DNA from: Chitinophagales bacterium
GTDB lineage: Bacteria > Bacteroidota > Bacteroidia > Chitinophagales > JADIYW01
DNA length: 64,000 nucleotides
NCBI GenBank assembly: GCA_046329865.1
Contig: JAXLTW010000001.1
Coordinates: 129,494-193,493 of the forward strand
Direction of reading: 5' to 3'
Both the position numbers and the translations under genes were made by a program. Shown one piece after another: positions 6,432 through 17,700 of the stretch. Every line of letters starts with the position of its first letter. Positions within the stretch are counted from its first letter, which is position 1. A model generated the notes under the pieces. It did not search any database. It was given only the letters and a program-made list of their open reading frames with translations, and was not told the origin of the DNA.

Positions 6432-9400
6432 TTAGTTAACAAGTCGCAAGTACTTTTCTACTAAATTTTTGTAAAAAGGTCGCATGGAGGGAGGTACCGT
6501 CTGATAGATTTCCAGTGCTGATTTGCGTTTTTGGAGGTATTCTTCTAGGCTGGGCGGCAATTTCCGGGCTATCTCGATGCCGGATTTAGACTGTCTTTTC
6601 TCGTCTTCCTCCTGATCCCGCTGTGCCTTTTCAAACTCTAACAGCCTGGTTTGTATCTCTTTATGCCGTTGCAGGGATTCTTTGGAAAGCCTTTTTACCG
6701 CCAATTCCTTTTCTATCTCGTCCATCTTCTTCATCATATCGTCCACGCCGCCACTCTCTTTCTGCTGCTGGCTCATTTTTTCTTTCATTTGGCGCAGCGC
6801 TTCACGGATGGCCGCCTGTTTTTGAACGGCATCTGCAAAATCTTTACCCATCTGTTTCGGGTCTTTGCCTTTCTGCATGCCTTCCTGCATCTTCTGGAGC
6901 TGGTCGCCCAATTGTTTTTGCAGCTCGCTCATAGAGGGCTTTTGTCCTTCACCGCCGGGCTTATTGCAAGAGCCGCTGCCCGGTTTTTTGGATTTCTGCT
7001 GCTGTTGTAAGTTGTCTAGTGATTCGCTGAGCATCAGTGCCAAATTATTGGCAGCAGTCATCACTAACTGCTGGGCCACACCCGTCACCGGTTTGTTTCT
7101 GGCTTCCAGGTTATCCAGTGCTTTTTTCATTTCCCGGTTCAGTTTATACATTTCATCGGAAATAAAGGACTGTAACTGAAACTGCCGTTTGCCTAATGTC
7201 TGAAGCGTGTCTTCGATTAATTTGGCATCGTCTCGCAGGTCAAATTGCTTCTGCATTAACTGGACATATTTCGGACTTTCGGTTTCCGTTTTCTTTAACT
7301 CATTCATCAGCTGCTCCTGATCGAATGACAACTTCACGAGGTTTTCCAGCAACTGTCTTATCATCTTGATGTCTTCCGCATTCTGGTCCATCTGCATTTT
7401 ATCCAGATCATTTTTCATTTTCTGCGCCATCTTTTTCATTTTCTGAGATGATGACTTCTGAGACTTGGATGCTTTATCATTTTGCTTCTGCTCCAGTTCG
7501 TCACTGCTTTGCTCCATATCCTGCTTAATATCCTCACTTTGTTCCTGGTTGCCTTTGGTGTCGAGCTTGTTATCATTCTCCTTATTGAGTTTTTCCATCT
7601 GCTTCAGGTTCTCTTTGATGTCATCCATCTTTTTGTTCAGCTCTTCCTGTTTTTGCTGTAACTGATCCTGCGGTGCTGAATTATTTTTTGTTTGCTCACT
7701 CAGTTTTTCCTGTTCTTTCGCCAGTTCATTCAGTTTGTCAATCGTTTCCTGTGCCTTCTGTTCCAGTTGCAACTGCTTGAAAAGTTGCTGCATTTTCTCC
7801 AACTCCGATTTCAGGTCCTTATTGCTCATCTCCATCTTATCAAGATTCTCAAACGTGTTTTTCTGTTCCATCTTCTGCAGGATATCTTCTATCTGCTTCA
7901 TCAGGTCTTTCATTTCATCGCTCATCAGGTCTTTCATCATTTCCTGCAGCTTCTCCTGTTTTTGCAGAATTTCGTCGTCCGGTTTCTTGAACTCTTCCTG
8001 GTTCTTTAAGTTTTCCTCGTATTTGTCTTTTATCTGCTTCAGCTCTTCCTGCAGCTCATCGTGTTTCTTCTGTATCTGTTCGAGTTGTTTCTTATCTTCC
8101 CAGGAAAGGGTGCTTTTCGTCAGAATCTTTTCCTTCATTTCCTTAATCATAGAAGCCAGTTGCTGTGCTTCCTTCGCCGCATCGGACAAATCGGATTTAA
8201 TATCTTCGTTTTGCTGGAATTCCTGTTTTTCCAGTTCACGGACAGTCGGCTTGTCATAGGCAAATGCCTGTGATTTTGCGGACTTCGGCCCGGAAACACC
8301 ATCGTTGTCCCATACCTCAAAATAGTAATCCATCTTATCGCCGGGTGATAATTGATACTTTGAGAAATCAATCTGATAATTGAAATCAGAGATGGATTTG
8401 TTGGCTAATGGAAGCAACTGTTTTTTGGCTTCCCTCACATTCCCTTTTTCATCTTTTATGGAATAATGGAATTCCAGTTTAGACAAACCGTAATCATCTG
8501 CCACGGCACCGACAAATACAGAAAAATCTTTTTGTGCAGAATCCTGAATCCGTTCCATATTGATGGAAGGAAAATTATCAGGAGTGGCAGAAATGGTAAA
8601 CGAAACGGAATCGCCTTTATCCACTTCCCGGTTGGAAACAAACACGGTGTAGCGGGTATCTCTGAGTATTTTTCTGGAAAAGGAAAATTTGTCCTTGCCT
8701 GTTTTTTGTGAAGCATAACTTGCTCCGTCCAGGTTTATTTTCACTTCATCGGTTCCGGACGTTTCAAAATTCCAGTTGACCGTGGTGCCTGCGGGCACGA
8801 CAAGGTCTCCGATGTTTTTTACGGATTCATTGGTTCGATTGATGTAAGCAGGGTAAGTCAACTGTGTTGTAAAATTGGCAATAAGAGGTTTTGGGAGCAC
8901 CCGGATCTTAAATTCCTCACTGTTAAAATCACTTGCCGTAAAATAAAACGTCAGCTCTTTCTGAACATTGGTGAAGCGATACGAAAACTTATCAGCAGCT
9001 GTTTTCTCCATCTTATAACTCTTGCCATTTTCGACAAGGTACACTTCATTGGGAACGGTCTTTCCCTTTACAGACATCTTTATTTCCATGTCTTCATACT
9101 GGAGCATCTTCAACTGCTTGTTTTCCAGTATAAATTCAAAAGGCGCTTTTTTCGCAAAGGTCTTATTTGGGTTCAAAAGGCGTGTGCTGCTTTCTTTCAG
9201 CACATTGGGAGCGGCTATCAGTAAAAATAAAATCAGGAAAAACGGCGGCAATGCATACTTCAGGTATTTCTTATTCTCCTGCAGGTTAACCGCATTTGAA
9301 AAAGGCACCAATTTTATGGATTCGGTTTTCTGATGGATACTGGCTTCTATCAGATCTCTGTTATAGGCGTTTTGCGACTGTTGTTTCAGTTGTAAAATAT

Positions 9401-9731
9401 TCAGCAGTTTATCCTTTACATCCGAAAAATGGCTGCCAATGATGGCTGCCGCCTGTTCGTGGGAAATCTGACGGCCCAACCGCAGGTAATGTGACAGCGG
9501 AATCAGTACATAGTAAACGAGTGCAGTGATTGTTGACCCGACAAAACCAACCAGCAGGAATTTCCTAACCGCAGAAGAAAAATAAAGCTGGTATTCTGAT
9601 AAAGACAGGAATAGATAAAAACCTAAAAGCAACCCGACAAACAGCAGACTGCCGCGCAGCAATTTATTCAGATAGTATTTTCTGATAAATGCGTCTAATT
9701 TCCGGAGAAGCAGGTCGTAATTGGTATTCAT
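6432..9731 (-). CDS. large membrane-anchored coiled-coil protein (DUF4175-like)
   Basis: 1099 aa with N-terminal TM helices, a beta-rich middle and ~450 aa of K/E/Q/M-rich low-complexity coiled coil. The many antisense ORFs here are composition artefacts. Confidence 0.7.
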   Translation of the reverse strand: MNTNYDLLLRKLDAFIRKYYLNKLLRGSLLFVGLLLGFYLFLSLSEYQLYFSSAVRKFLLVGFVGSTITALVYYVLIPLSHYLRLGRQISHEQAAAIIGSHFSDVKDKLLNILQLKQQSQNAYNRDLIEASIHQKTESIKLVPFSNAVNLQENKKYLKYALPPFFLILFLLIAAPNVLKESSTRLLNPNKTFAKKAPFEFILENKQLKMLQYEDMEIKMSVKGKTVPNEVYLVENGKSYKMEKTAADKFSYRFTNVQKELTFYFTASDFNSEEFKIRVLPKPLIANFTTQLTYPAYINRTNESVKNIGDLVVPAGTTVNWNFETSGTDEVKINLDGASYASQKTGKDKFSFSRKILRDTRYTVFVSNREVDKGDSVSFTISATPDNFPSINMERIQDSAQKDFSVFVGAVADDYGLSKLEFHYSIKDEKGNVREAKKQLLPLANKSISDFNYQIDFSKYQLSPGDKMDYYFEVWDNDGVSGPKSAKSQAFAYDKPTVRELEKQEFQQNEDIKSDLSDAAKEAQQLASMIKEMKEKILTKSTLSWEDKKQLEQIQKKHDELQEELKQIKDKYEENLKNQEEFKKPDDEILQKQEKLQEMMKDLMSDEMKDLMKQIEDILQKMEQKNTFENLDKMEMSNKDLKSELEKMQQLFKQLQLEQKAQETIDKLNELAKEQEKLSEQTKNNSAPQDQLQQKQEELNKKMDDIKENLKQMEKLNKENDNKLDTKGNQEQSEDIKQDMEQSSDELEQKQNDKASKSQKSSSQKMKKMAQKMKNDLDKMQMDQNAEDIKMIRQLLENLVKLSFDQEQLMNELKKTETESPKYVQLMQKQFDLRDDAKLIEDTLQTLGKRQFQLQSFISDEMYKLNREMKKALDNLEARNKPVTGVAQQLVMTAANNLALMLSESLDNLQQQQKSKKPGSGSCNKPGGEGQKPSMSELQKQLGDQLQKMQEGMQKGKDPKQMGKDFADAVQKQAAIREALRQMKEKMSQQQKESGGVDDMMKKMDEIEKELAVKRLSKESLQRHKEIQTRLLEFEKAQRDQEEDEKRQSKSGIEIARKLPPSLEEYLQKRKSALEIYQTVPPSMRPFYKNLVEKYLRLVN

Positions 9732-9797
9732 GCCGAATGCTAAAAATAGCGAATAGTTGGGCTACGCGCTCTACTAATTTTGTTATTTAATTTTAAA

Positions 9798-11531
9798 TCA
9801 TTTCCCTTTCATCGGGACAAAATACACTTCGGAGAAATCACGTTGTTCCATCGCATTCTGCGGGCAATTGCGCACATTCGGCTGCAACAGCCTGAAATCG
9901 ATATCGTAATAGGTTGGCATAACAACAGCATCATCTATCACTTGTTGGTCTGCTTTGGTGTATAAGGCATTCCGTTTAGCTTCCTCTACGGTTGCTATCG
10001 CTTCGTCAAAATAGGCATCGAAAGCTTTGCTTTTGTAGCGGAATGAATTGATATAGGTTTTTTCATTGATGTCCGCCGGTACATACTTGCTGTGAAACAG
10101 GTTCAGGAAATTTTCGGCATCGGGATAATCTGCAATCCAGCCCATTCTGTAAAAATCGGTCTTCGCCGCTTCCACAGCTTCCGTATGTTGTGCCCAGGGA
10201 ATAATCAGTAACTCGACCTGAATACCTAAGGTTTCTTCAATCATTTTCTTCAATGCTTCCGCCACCTGTGAATTGCGCGAACCTCCGGAATTGAGTTCGA
10301 GCGTCACCTTAGGAAATCCTTTTCCTTTCGGATAACCGGCCTTCGCCAGACATTCCTGCGCTTTAGCGGCATCATACGTAAAACCATGTACGGTTTTAGA
10401 ATCGAAGGTACCCGTACCCGGCGGGACAGTACCGTATATGGCTGGGAATCCTGTACCCTTCAGCGTAAAATCGCACAATTTCTGACGGTCGATGGCATAA
10501 CAAAATGCTTTCCGCACATTCACATTGTTGAATATTTTCCCCTGATGCTGAAACCCATAATACTGTAGCGACATGGAAGGCAGGAATTGCAGCTGAAACT
10601 GTTTGTATTCCGGTTTCAGATGCTTCTTGAAATCGACAATTTCATCAATCATTTCCAATGGAAACTTATACACCAGATCGCTGTTGCCTTTTTTAAATTC
10701 CATCAGTTCGTTTTTCTTTTCCTTCACATAGGAAACGCGGATAGCATCCAGGTACGGAAGCTGATTGCCAAATTCATCCTTACCCCAATAATCCGGATTG
10801 CGTGCAAGAAACGTCACCTGGTTATCCTTGTTGATTTTTAAATAAAACGGACCTGTACCTACACAATGTAGGCGCATTTCCGTTCCATATTTTTCCACTG
10901 CCTCGTGCGGGTATATCTTTGCAAAAATGAGTCCGAGGCGCGCTAGAAATACCGCATAAGGTTTTTCCAGTTCTATTTCAACGGTATAATCATCTATGAT
11001 TTTTACACCGCTTACTCCTGTTTCAGGTACAATTTTCTGGGCTGTCAAAGAGTCATATTCCGCAGCGCCTTTCACCACATCTTTAAATATCCAATATCCC
11101 TGATTGTCGGCTGGGTTATGATAACACAATCTGTCGAGGCAATATTTGATATCTTTTGCTGTTACTTCCCTGCCCTTGCCTCCCGGAAAACATTCATCGT
11201 CGTGAAATTTTACGCCTTTGCGCAAGTAGAACGTATATTTTGTGCCAGAGGGATCAATCTCCCACTTTTCAGCCAGTGCAGGAACTACCGCCAACGTACT
11301 ATCGTCAAACGTAACCAATCCTTCATAAATCTGTTCGCATATTCTGTGGGCTGTCACTTCCGTAATATTGAGCGGATAAAGTGACTTAAAATATTCTTCT
11401 TCGTTGTAGCGGAATGTGCCGCCATAATACTTACCACCTTTGGCTTCGCGCAGCTTAAATTCGCGCTTATTCTCGCCACCGCAGGAGATAATCACCAGAG
11501 AGCAAAAGAAATAGAATAGCTTTTTATGCAT
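9798..11531 (-). CDS. ABC transporter substrate-binding lipoprotein, family 5 (peptide/nickel type)
   Basis: 577 aa. Lipobox IISCGG. Overall OppA/DppA-like length and motifs. No adjacent permease or ATPase genes. Confidence 0.75.
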   Translation of the reverse strand: MHKKLFYFFCSLVIISCGGENKREFKLREAKGGKYYGGTFRYNEEEYFKSLYPLNITEVTAHRICEQIYEGLVTFDDSTLAVVPALAEKWEIDPSGTKYTFYLRKGVKFHDDECFPGGKGREVTAKDIKYCLDRLCYHNPADNQGYWIFKDVVKGAAEYDSLTAQKIVPETGVSGVKIIDDYTVEIELEKPYAVFLARLGLIFAKIYPHEAVEKYGTEMRLHCVGTGPFYLKINKDNQVTFLARNPDYWGKDEFGNQLPYLDAIRVSYVKEKKNELMEFKKGNSDLVYKFPLEMIDEIVDFKKHLKPEYKQFQLQFLPSMSLQYYGFQHQGKIFNNVNVRKAFCYAIDRQKLCDFTLKGTGFPAIYGTVPPGTGTFDSKTVHGFTYDAAKAQECLAKAGYPKGKGFPKVTLELNSGGSRNSQVAEALKKMIEETLGIQVELLIIPWAQHTEAVEAAKTDFYRMGWIADYPDAENFLNLFHSKYVPADINEKTYINSFRYKSKAFDAYFDEAIATVEEAKRNALYTKADQQVIDDAVVMPTYYDIDFRLLQPNVRNCPQNAMEQRDFSEVYFVPMKGK

Positions 11532-11620
11532 TTTGAGAGATTGAAACGGTTTCTATCAGCAAAAATAGGAATATTTAATGGAAGAACGGCTTTAAAGAGC
11601 CAAATAGCAGGAGGTACCCG

Positions 11621-12319
11621 CTACAGGGTATTCAACGCAATTTTCACCATATCATTAAAGGAGCCCTGACGCTCTTCCGCGGAAGTGGACTCATGCGTCA
11701 CGAGGCTGTCACTGATGGTAAATATCGCCAACGCTTTTGCCTTATATTTTGCCGCAATGGTATACAATGCGGCTGTTTCCATTTCCACACAAAGCACGCC
11801 ATACTTCGCCCATTTTTTGTAATATTCCGGGTCTTCATCATAGAATTCGTCGGAGGATAATATATTTCCCGTTTTCACGGAAATATTCAGTTCCTGTGCG
11901 GCATGATAGGCTTTTAAAAGCAATTCAAAATTTGCCGTTGGCGCAAAATCCGCACCACTGAATTTATTCCAGTTGACAGCGGAATTGGTACTTGCTGCCA
12001 ACGCCATCACAATATCTTTCACATGCACCTCTTCCTGCAGGGATCCTGCTGTACCGATTCTGATGAGGTTCTTTACATCGTATTCCCGGATGAGCTCATT
12101 GACATAAATCGAAATAGAAGGGATACCCATGCCTGTTCCCTGAACGGAGACTCGCTTGCCGTTATAATAGCCTGTGTAACCGAGCATGCCTCTTATCTCA
12201 TTGTAACAAGTAACATCTTGTAAAAATGTTTCCGCTACATGCTTAGCCCTGAGCGGATCGCCCGGCAACAAAATGGTTTCCGCAATTGCTCCTTTTTTTG
12301 CCCCTATGTGTATACTCAT
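11621..12319 (-). CDS. deoD: purine-nucleoside phosphorylase, DeoD type
   Basis: 232 aa. [33 protein letters not shown] and VEMETAALY are typical of DeoD. Confidence 0.9.
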   Translation of the reverse strand: MSIHIGAKKGAIAETILLPGDPLRAKHVAETFLQDVTCYNEIRGMLGYTGYYNGKRVSVQGTGMGIPSISIYVNELIREYDVKNLIRIGTAGSLQEEVHVKDIVMALAASTNSAVNWNKFSGADFAPTANFELLLKAYHAAQELNISVKTGNILSSDEFYDEDPEYYKKWAKYGVLCVEMETAALYTIAAKYKAKALAIFTISDSLVTHESTSAEERQGSFNDMVKIALNTL

Positions 12320-12338
12320 TTTCCCGTTGTTCTAATGT

Positions 12339-13004
12339 TTAATAATTTGCTTCCATTCCTTGTTGTCCGGTTACAATTTGTATCCCGTTACTGGTGCCGA
12401 TTCTGGTTACACCAAGGTCAATATATGCTTTAGCCGTTTCATAATCCCGAATTCCTCCGCTTGCCTTGATTTGAATCTTACCCTGAGTGACCGATTTCAT
12501 CAACCTGATATCTTCGAGCGTCGCACCGCCGGTTCCGAAGCCGGTGGATGTCTTAACAAAATCAGCCCCCGCATCAATGGTGCATTTTGTGGCAATCTTT
12601 TTTTCCTCTTCCGTTAAATAACAAGTTTCGATAATAACTTTGAGAACGGCATCCCCTATGGCTTGTTTCAACTGCCTGATTTCCGTTTCGGCTTCCATGA
12701 ATTTTTTGGATTTCAGCCAGCCGATTTTGATGACCATATCAACCTCATTCGCTCCGTTTGTAACTGCATTTTTTGCTTCGGTTATTTTTGCATTCGAATC
12801 CATGGCTCCCAAGGGAAAACCTACGACAGCAGCCAACTTCACCGGCGAAGCGGATAAAAGCTCATGACACAATTTCACATATCCGCTGTTGACGCAAACG
12901 GCATAAAAATTATATTCCGACGCTTCCCTGCAAAGCTGGCGGATATCATCTTCGCTAGCGGTCGCTTTCAGCAGGGTGTGGTCTATAAAGCGGGATATAT
13001 TCAT
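12339..13004 (-). CDS. deoC: deoxyribose-phosphate aldolase
   Basis: 221 aa. Carries IDHTLLK, FVKTSTGF (Schiff-base lysine region) and IKASGGIR. Confidence 0.9.
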   Translation of the reverse strand: MNISRFIDHTLLKATASEDDIRQLCREASEYNFYAVCVNSGYVKLCHELLSASPVKLAAVVGFPLGAMDSNAKITEAKNAVTNGANEVDMVIKIGWLKSKKFMEAETEIRQLKQAIGDAVLKVIIETCYLTEEEKKIATKCTIDAGADFVKTSTGFGTGGATLEDIRLMKSVTQGKIQIKASGGIRDYETAKAYIDLGVTRIGTSNGIQIVTGQQGMEANY

Positions 13005-13050
13005 CTTAAAAGGTAAGAATTACAAAAGTAGAAGAAAAAATCTCAATACG

Positions 13051-13078
13051 CACTACTCACTACTCACTACTTAATACT
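13051..13078. repeat. heptanucleotide repeat (CACTACT)x3 + TAATACT, giving TACT phased every 7 nt
   Basis: Read directly. The last unit ends 12 nt before the nadB ATG, in the deoC/nadB divergent intergenic region. Confidence 0.9.
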
Positions 13079-13089
13079 ATTTTTACAGC

Positions 13090-14685
13090 ATGACAGATAT
13101 TCTAGTAATTGGCTCCGGAATTGCAGGACTGACGTTTGCCCTTAAAACGGCAGAACAATTTCCGGATAAAAAAATCCTTATCCTGACAAAAGCCAGCGAA
13201 GACGAAAGTAACACCAAATACGCACAAGGCGGTATCGCTGTGGTGACTGACTTTTTAAAAGACAACTTCGACAAGCACATACAGGATACCCTGATTGCCG
13301 GAGACGGTTTGTGCAACAAAGAAGTGGTGGAGATTGTCATTCAGGAAGGTCGTGAACGGGTAAATGAATTAATTTCGTGGGGTACGCGGTTTGATAAAAG
13401 CGATGAAGGTGATTACAAATTGGGTAAAGAGGGCGGGCACTCCGAATTCAGGGTGTTGCATCATAAAGATATCACCGGTTGGGAAATCGAACGGGCATTG
13501 CTAGAGAAAGTACATCATTCCAAAAATATTGAAATTTCACAGCATCATTTTGTCATTGATTTAATTACACAGCACCACCTCGGCCGAATCATCACGAGAG
13601 TGACACCCAATATTCAGTGCTATGGCGCTTATGTGCTAAACAAACAAACCAATCAGATTGAAAAGATAGAGAGCAAGGTGGTCGTGCTGGCATCCGGCGG
13701 TTTCGGGCAAATCTACCGGGCAACGACCAATCCGAATATCGCCACCGGTGACGGTATCGCCATGGTGTATCGGGCTAAAGGAAGGGTAGCAAATCTGGAG
13801 TTTGTACAATTCCATCCAACAGCGCTGTACGAGCCGGGCGTAAGTCCCAACTTTTTAATCACGGAAGCGGTGCGCGGCGACGGCGGCATCCTGAAGACAA
13901 GAGATGGAAAAGAGTTCATGTCCCTGTATGACGAGCGTGGCTCATTGGCACCCAGGGATATTGTTGCCAGAGCAATAGACAACGAGATGAAGAAGAGCGG
14001 GGAAGACAATGTGTTCCTCGACTGCCGACACATGGACAAAGACAATTTTTTACATCATTTCCCGAATATTTATGAAAAATGTAAATCCATCGGTATTGAT
14101 GTGTTCAAGGATATGATTCCGGTGGTGCCTGCGGCACACTATGCCTGCGGAGGTATTAATGTAGACACCTATGGACGAACATCGATTCAAAATTTATATG
14201 CGTGCGGAGAATGCAGCAATACCGGCCTACATGGCGCTAACCGCTTAGCGAGCAACTCCCTGTTAGAGGCGGTGGTATTTGCACACCGGATATTCCTCGA
14301 TGTGTGTGAGCGGCTGGACAATATTGAATTTTCCAGTGAAAAATTTCCGGAATGGAATGCCGACGGAACCAGTGACCCGAAAGAGATGGTGATTATCACC
14401 CAGAGCATCAAAGAGCTGAAAGATATCATGAGTAATTATGTGGGAATTGTGCGCAACAACGGACGTTTGAAACGCGCACAGGAACGGCTATACCTGCTAT
14501 TTAAGGAAACGGAAGAGCTGTATGAAACCACTACCATTTCTCCGCAGTTACTGGAACTTCGCAATATGATTACCATCGGCTATCTCATAACACGTAGCGC
14601 CATGCTGCGCAAGGAAAGCCGGGGGTTGCATTACACCACTGATTATCCGAAACATGCACCGGTAGAAGAAGAAACCATGTTGTAG
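13090..14685 (+). CDS. nadB: L-aspartate oxidase
   Basis: 531 aa. FAD-binding GSGIAGL at the N-terminus, plus succinate dehydrogenase/fumarate reductase flavoprotein-like motifs (YAQGGI, HPTAL, ACGECS.TGLHGANRL). Confidence 0.9.
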   Translation: MTDILVIGSGIAGLTFALKTAEQFPDKKILILTKASEDESNTKYAQGGIAVVTDFLKDNFDKHIQDTLIAGDGLCNKEVVEIVIQEGRERVNELISWGTRFDKSDEGDYKLGKEGGHSEFRVLHHKDITGWEIERALLEKVHHSKNIEISQHHFVIDLITQHHLGRIITRVTPNIQCYGAYVLNKQTNQIEKIESKVVVLASGGFGQIYRATTNPNIATGDGIAMVYRAKGRVANLEFVQFHPTALYEPGVSPNFLITEAVRGDGGILKTRDGKEFMSLYDERGSLAPRDIVARAIDNEMKKSGEDNVFLDCRHMDKDNFLHHFPNIYEKCKSIGIDVFKDMIPVVPAAHYACGGINVDTYGRTSIQNLYACGECSNTGLHGANRLASNSLLEAVVFAHRIFLDVCERLDNIEFSSEKFPEWNADGTSDPKEMVIITQSIKELKDIMSNYVGIVRNNGRLKRAQERLYLLFKETEELYETTTISPQLLELRNMITIGYLITRSAMLRKESRGLHYTTDYPKHAPVEEETML

Positions 14686-14788
14686 AAAGGAAGAGTCATC
14701 TGCTAAAATAGTAGTACCAGTTGGGGAATTTTACATAACAAAAAATTTTCAGAGCGATACCAATCAACTAATAATAAGCAATCGTATC

Positions 14789-17700
14789 CTATCTCAATAA
14801 CGTAAACGCTCCTTTTACAGAAAAAGGGTTGTTGTCTTTCTTTATACCTTCCGCTACATACATATAACTATCCACCGGGCAGGGAGTGCCTTTATACGTT
14901 CCATCCCAACTTTTGGATAAATCCGCCGTTTCGAAAACCATTTCTCCCCATCTGTTGTAAATACGCAGCACATAAGATGCAACATTGACCGGAATGAAAT
15001 TAAACAAATCGTTATACCCGTCGTTGTTAGGCGAGAATGCCGTAGGAATGAAGATATCACAATTGAGCACAATACGAATAGAATCCGAACTCTTGCAGCC
15101 CGATTTAAAGCCGGTAAAGATGACTGGCGACTCGCTGCCATCAATAGTCGTTGGATTCACGGTAGTCCCATTGCTCCAGAACACACTGTCATACGTTCCT
15201 CCCGCCACAATGCTTCTCAGTTCTCCCGGACACATAATGACGCTATCGTCCAATGTTATCCGTGGTAATGGCAGTACAGTGAAATTTTTAGAAATGCTGT
15301 CGGTTCCGCAATTCTTATTTTGCACCGTTAGCCGTATGATAAAATTTCCCTCTGCCGTATAGGTATGAACCGGGTTCTTATCAGTAGCATTTTTACCATC
15401 TCCGAACAACCATGCATAGTTTATGTTGTCTCCTTTGGAGTTGTCAAAAAACTGTGCCGGACTTCGAAAGCAGACAGAAGCCGGAATTATCATATCCGGA
15501 ATAAAGGTATCCCGCAAGGATAAAATCCTGTTGAACGTATCCCTGCATCCGGAGTTTGTTGTTACAATAAGAAGGACATCGTAATTGGTTATCTGATTCA
15601 GATTAAATACAGGCTCTTTCTGTTGTGAGGAAAACACACCGCCATTAATACTCCAGCTATGTTGTACGATGCTGTCAGGAGCAGCAACCGCTGACGTGTT
15701 GATGAATGCCGTAGGCTTATTACTGCAGTATTTATCCGTAGCAAAATCCGCTATCGGCTTTGGTTTTAAGATTAACGTCGTAGCAGCGGCATTTGTACAA
15801 CCATTCTTAAACACATTGATAGAAATCGGATTTCTGGTTCCGTTCACACTGATGCTGTTGCTGGTCTCATTGGTATTCCAGCGCAGTGAATCATATTGAT
15901 TCGGAACAGAGAGCACCGCAACACTTCCATTACATAAAGGAAGGCTTGAAGGTAAAGAAACGGAAGGTTTTGGTTTTATAACGATATTCTTTATAATACT
16001 GTCCTGTCCACAAATAGCATGATTGACGACCATCTTCACTGGAAATGTTCCGTCCAGAGGATAGGTGAAAGATGGATTGTTGGCAGAAGAAGTGGTATTG
16101 GCAGCATCACGGAAAAACCAGGTAAAGCCCGTGTAATTTCCGGTAGATGTATTGGAGAACTGCACCGGGCTAAGCTGACAGTTGCTCACAGGAACTGTAA
16201 AATTTGGTTTCAGCGAATCTATAATGGAAACAGATTTTAGCACCGTATCCCTGCAACCGAAATCAGACACGGCAACCAACTGCACATTATAGTTCGCATT
16301 ACCCGGATATATGGTAACAGGATTCGCATTGGTGGAGTCTATACTGCCGTTTCCAAAATCCCAGTATAATTTCGGGATACTGCCACTTGAAATGGTAGAT
16401 TGATTGGTATATAATGCCTTTATGCCATAACAAACCTGACGCAGGCTAAAATTAGCGGTTGGCTTTGGCTTCAGTTGTAAGGCAGCAGATGCAGATGCGG
16501 CACATCCATTCTTATACACATCCACCCGGATTGGGTTAATGCTGCCGTTTACACTGATACTATTCCCGGTTTGATTGGTATTCCAACGAATGGAATCAAA
16601 TATATTGGGAACCGTCAACGTGGTGGTCGTTCCGTTACAGAAAGAGACACTGGACGGCAGACTCACGGTTGGTTTTTGCTTGATGATGATATTTTTTTGT
16701 ATACTGTCCTTACCACAGATGGCATGATTAACAACAAGTTTCACCGGAAAGACACCATCGAGCGGATAGGTAAATGTTGGGTTGACCGCTGTTGAGGTAG
16801 AATTTCCTGCATCACCAAAATGCCAGACATAGCCGGTATAATTTCCGGTGGATGTATTAGCAAATGGAACGGCGCTGAGCTGACAATTATTGGCGGGAAA
16901 GGTGAAGTTGGGTTTAAGAGAATCAATGATAGAAATAGTCTTGACAACGGTATCCCTGCATCCATTATTTGAGACGGCGATCAACTGAACATTGTAATTT
17001 CCATTGGCCGGATAAGTAGTGGTTGGGTTGCTATTTACAGAATCTATCACCCCGTTTCCTAAATTCCAGTAGTAGTTGGAAACCGTTCCTCCGCTGATGG
17101 TGGTGAGATTGGTATACAATGCCCTTATACCGTAACAAACCTGCCTCAGGTTGAAATCTGCGATTGGCCCGGGTGCTATAGTCAACGATTTGCTGACGGT
17201 CCCGAGGCATCCTCTGGTGGTTACTACTTTCAGGACTATGGGATACGTACCGGGAGTGGCAATGGAGGCCGACGTATTTTGGGTGAAGACACTATCTGCC
17301 CCTACCTTCCACCGCCATTGATTGATGTCGTTCAGTTCGGAAAATGACGCATCTGTTAATGTCACCTTTACACCTGCGCAAACATTATTCTGGCTCATCA
17401 CAAAATCCGGTGTCACTTTCGGATTCAGCTTAATATACATTCTGCCTGTATCGGCGCAATCGGTTCCCCGGTTGGTGATTAAGGTAATTTTGTAAACGCC
17501 CGTATCCGTGTAGGTAAATGTGGGGTTTTTCAAATCGGAGGTATCATCTGTTCTTCCTGCTATACCAAAATCCCAAAGTTGATTGAGGACGGTGCCGGTC
17601 GTTAGATTTTGAAAATCGATGGTTTTGGACGAACAAAAGACATACGTGGAATCATTGATCTTTCCGATAGATCCGGGGTCCAGAATCGCCGCGGGTTTTG

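Noticed and set aside
6623-9333. Numerous 60-170-aa plus-strand ORFs inside the DUF4175-like gene
   Set aside because: They are antisense to K/E/Q-rich coiled-coil coding sequence (GAA/AAG/CAG codons), which gives stop-free Phe/Leu/Ser/Cys-rich frames. This is a composition artefact.
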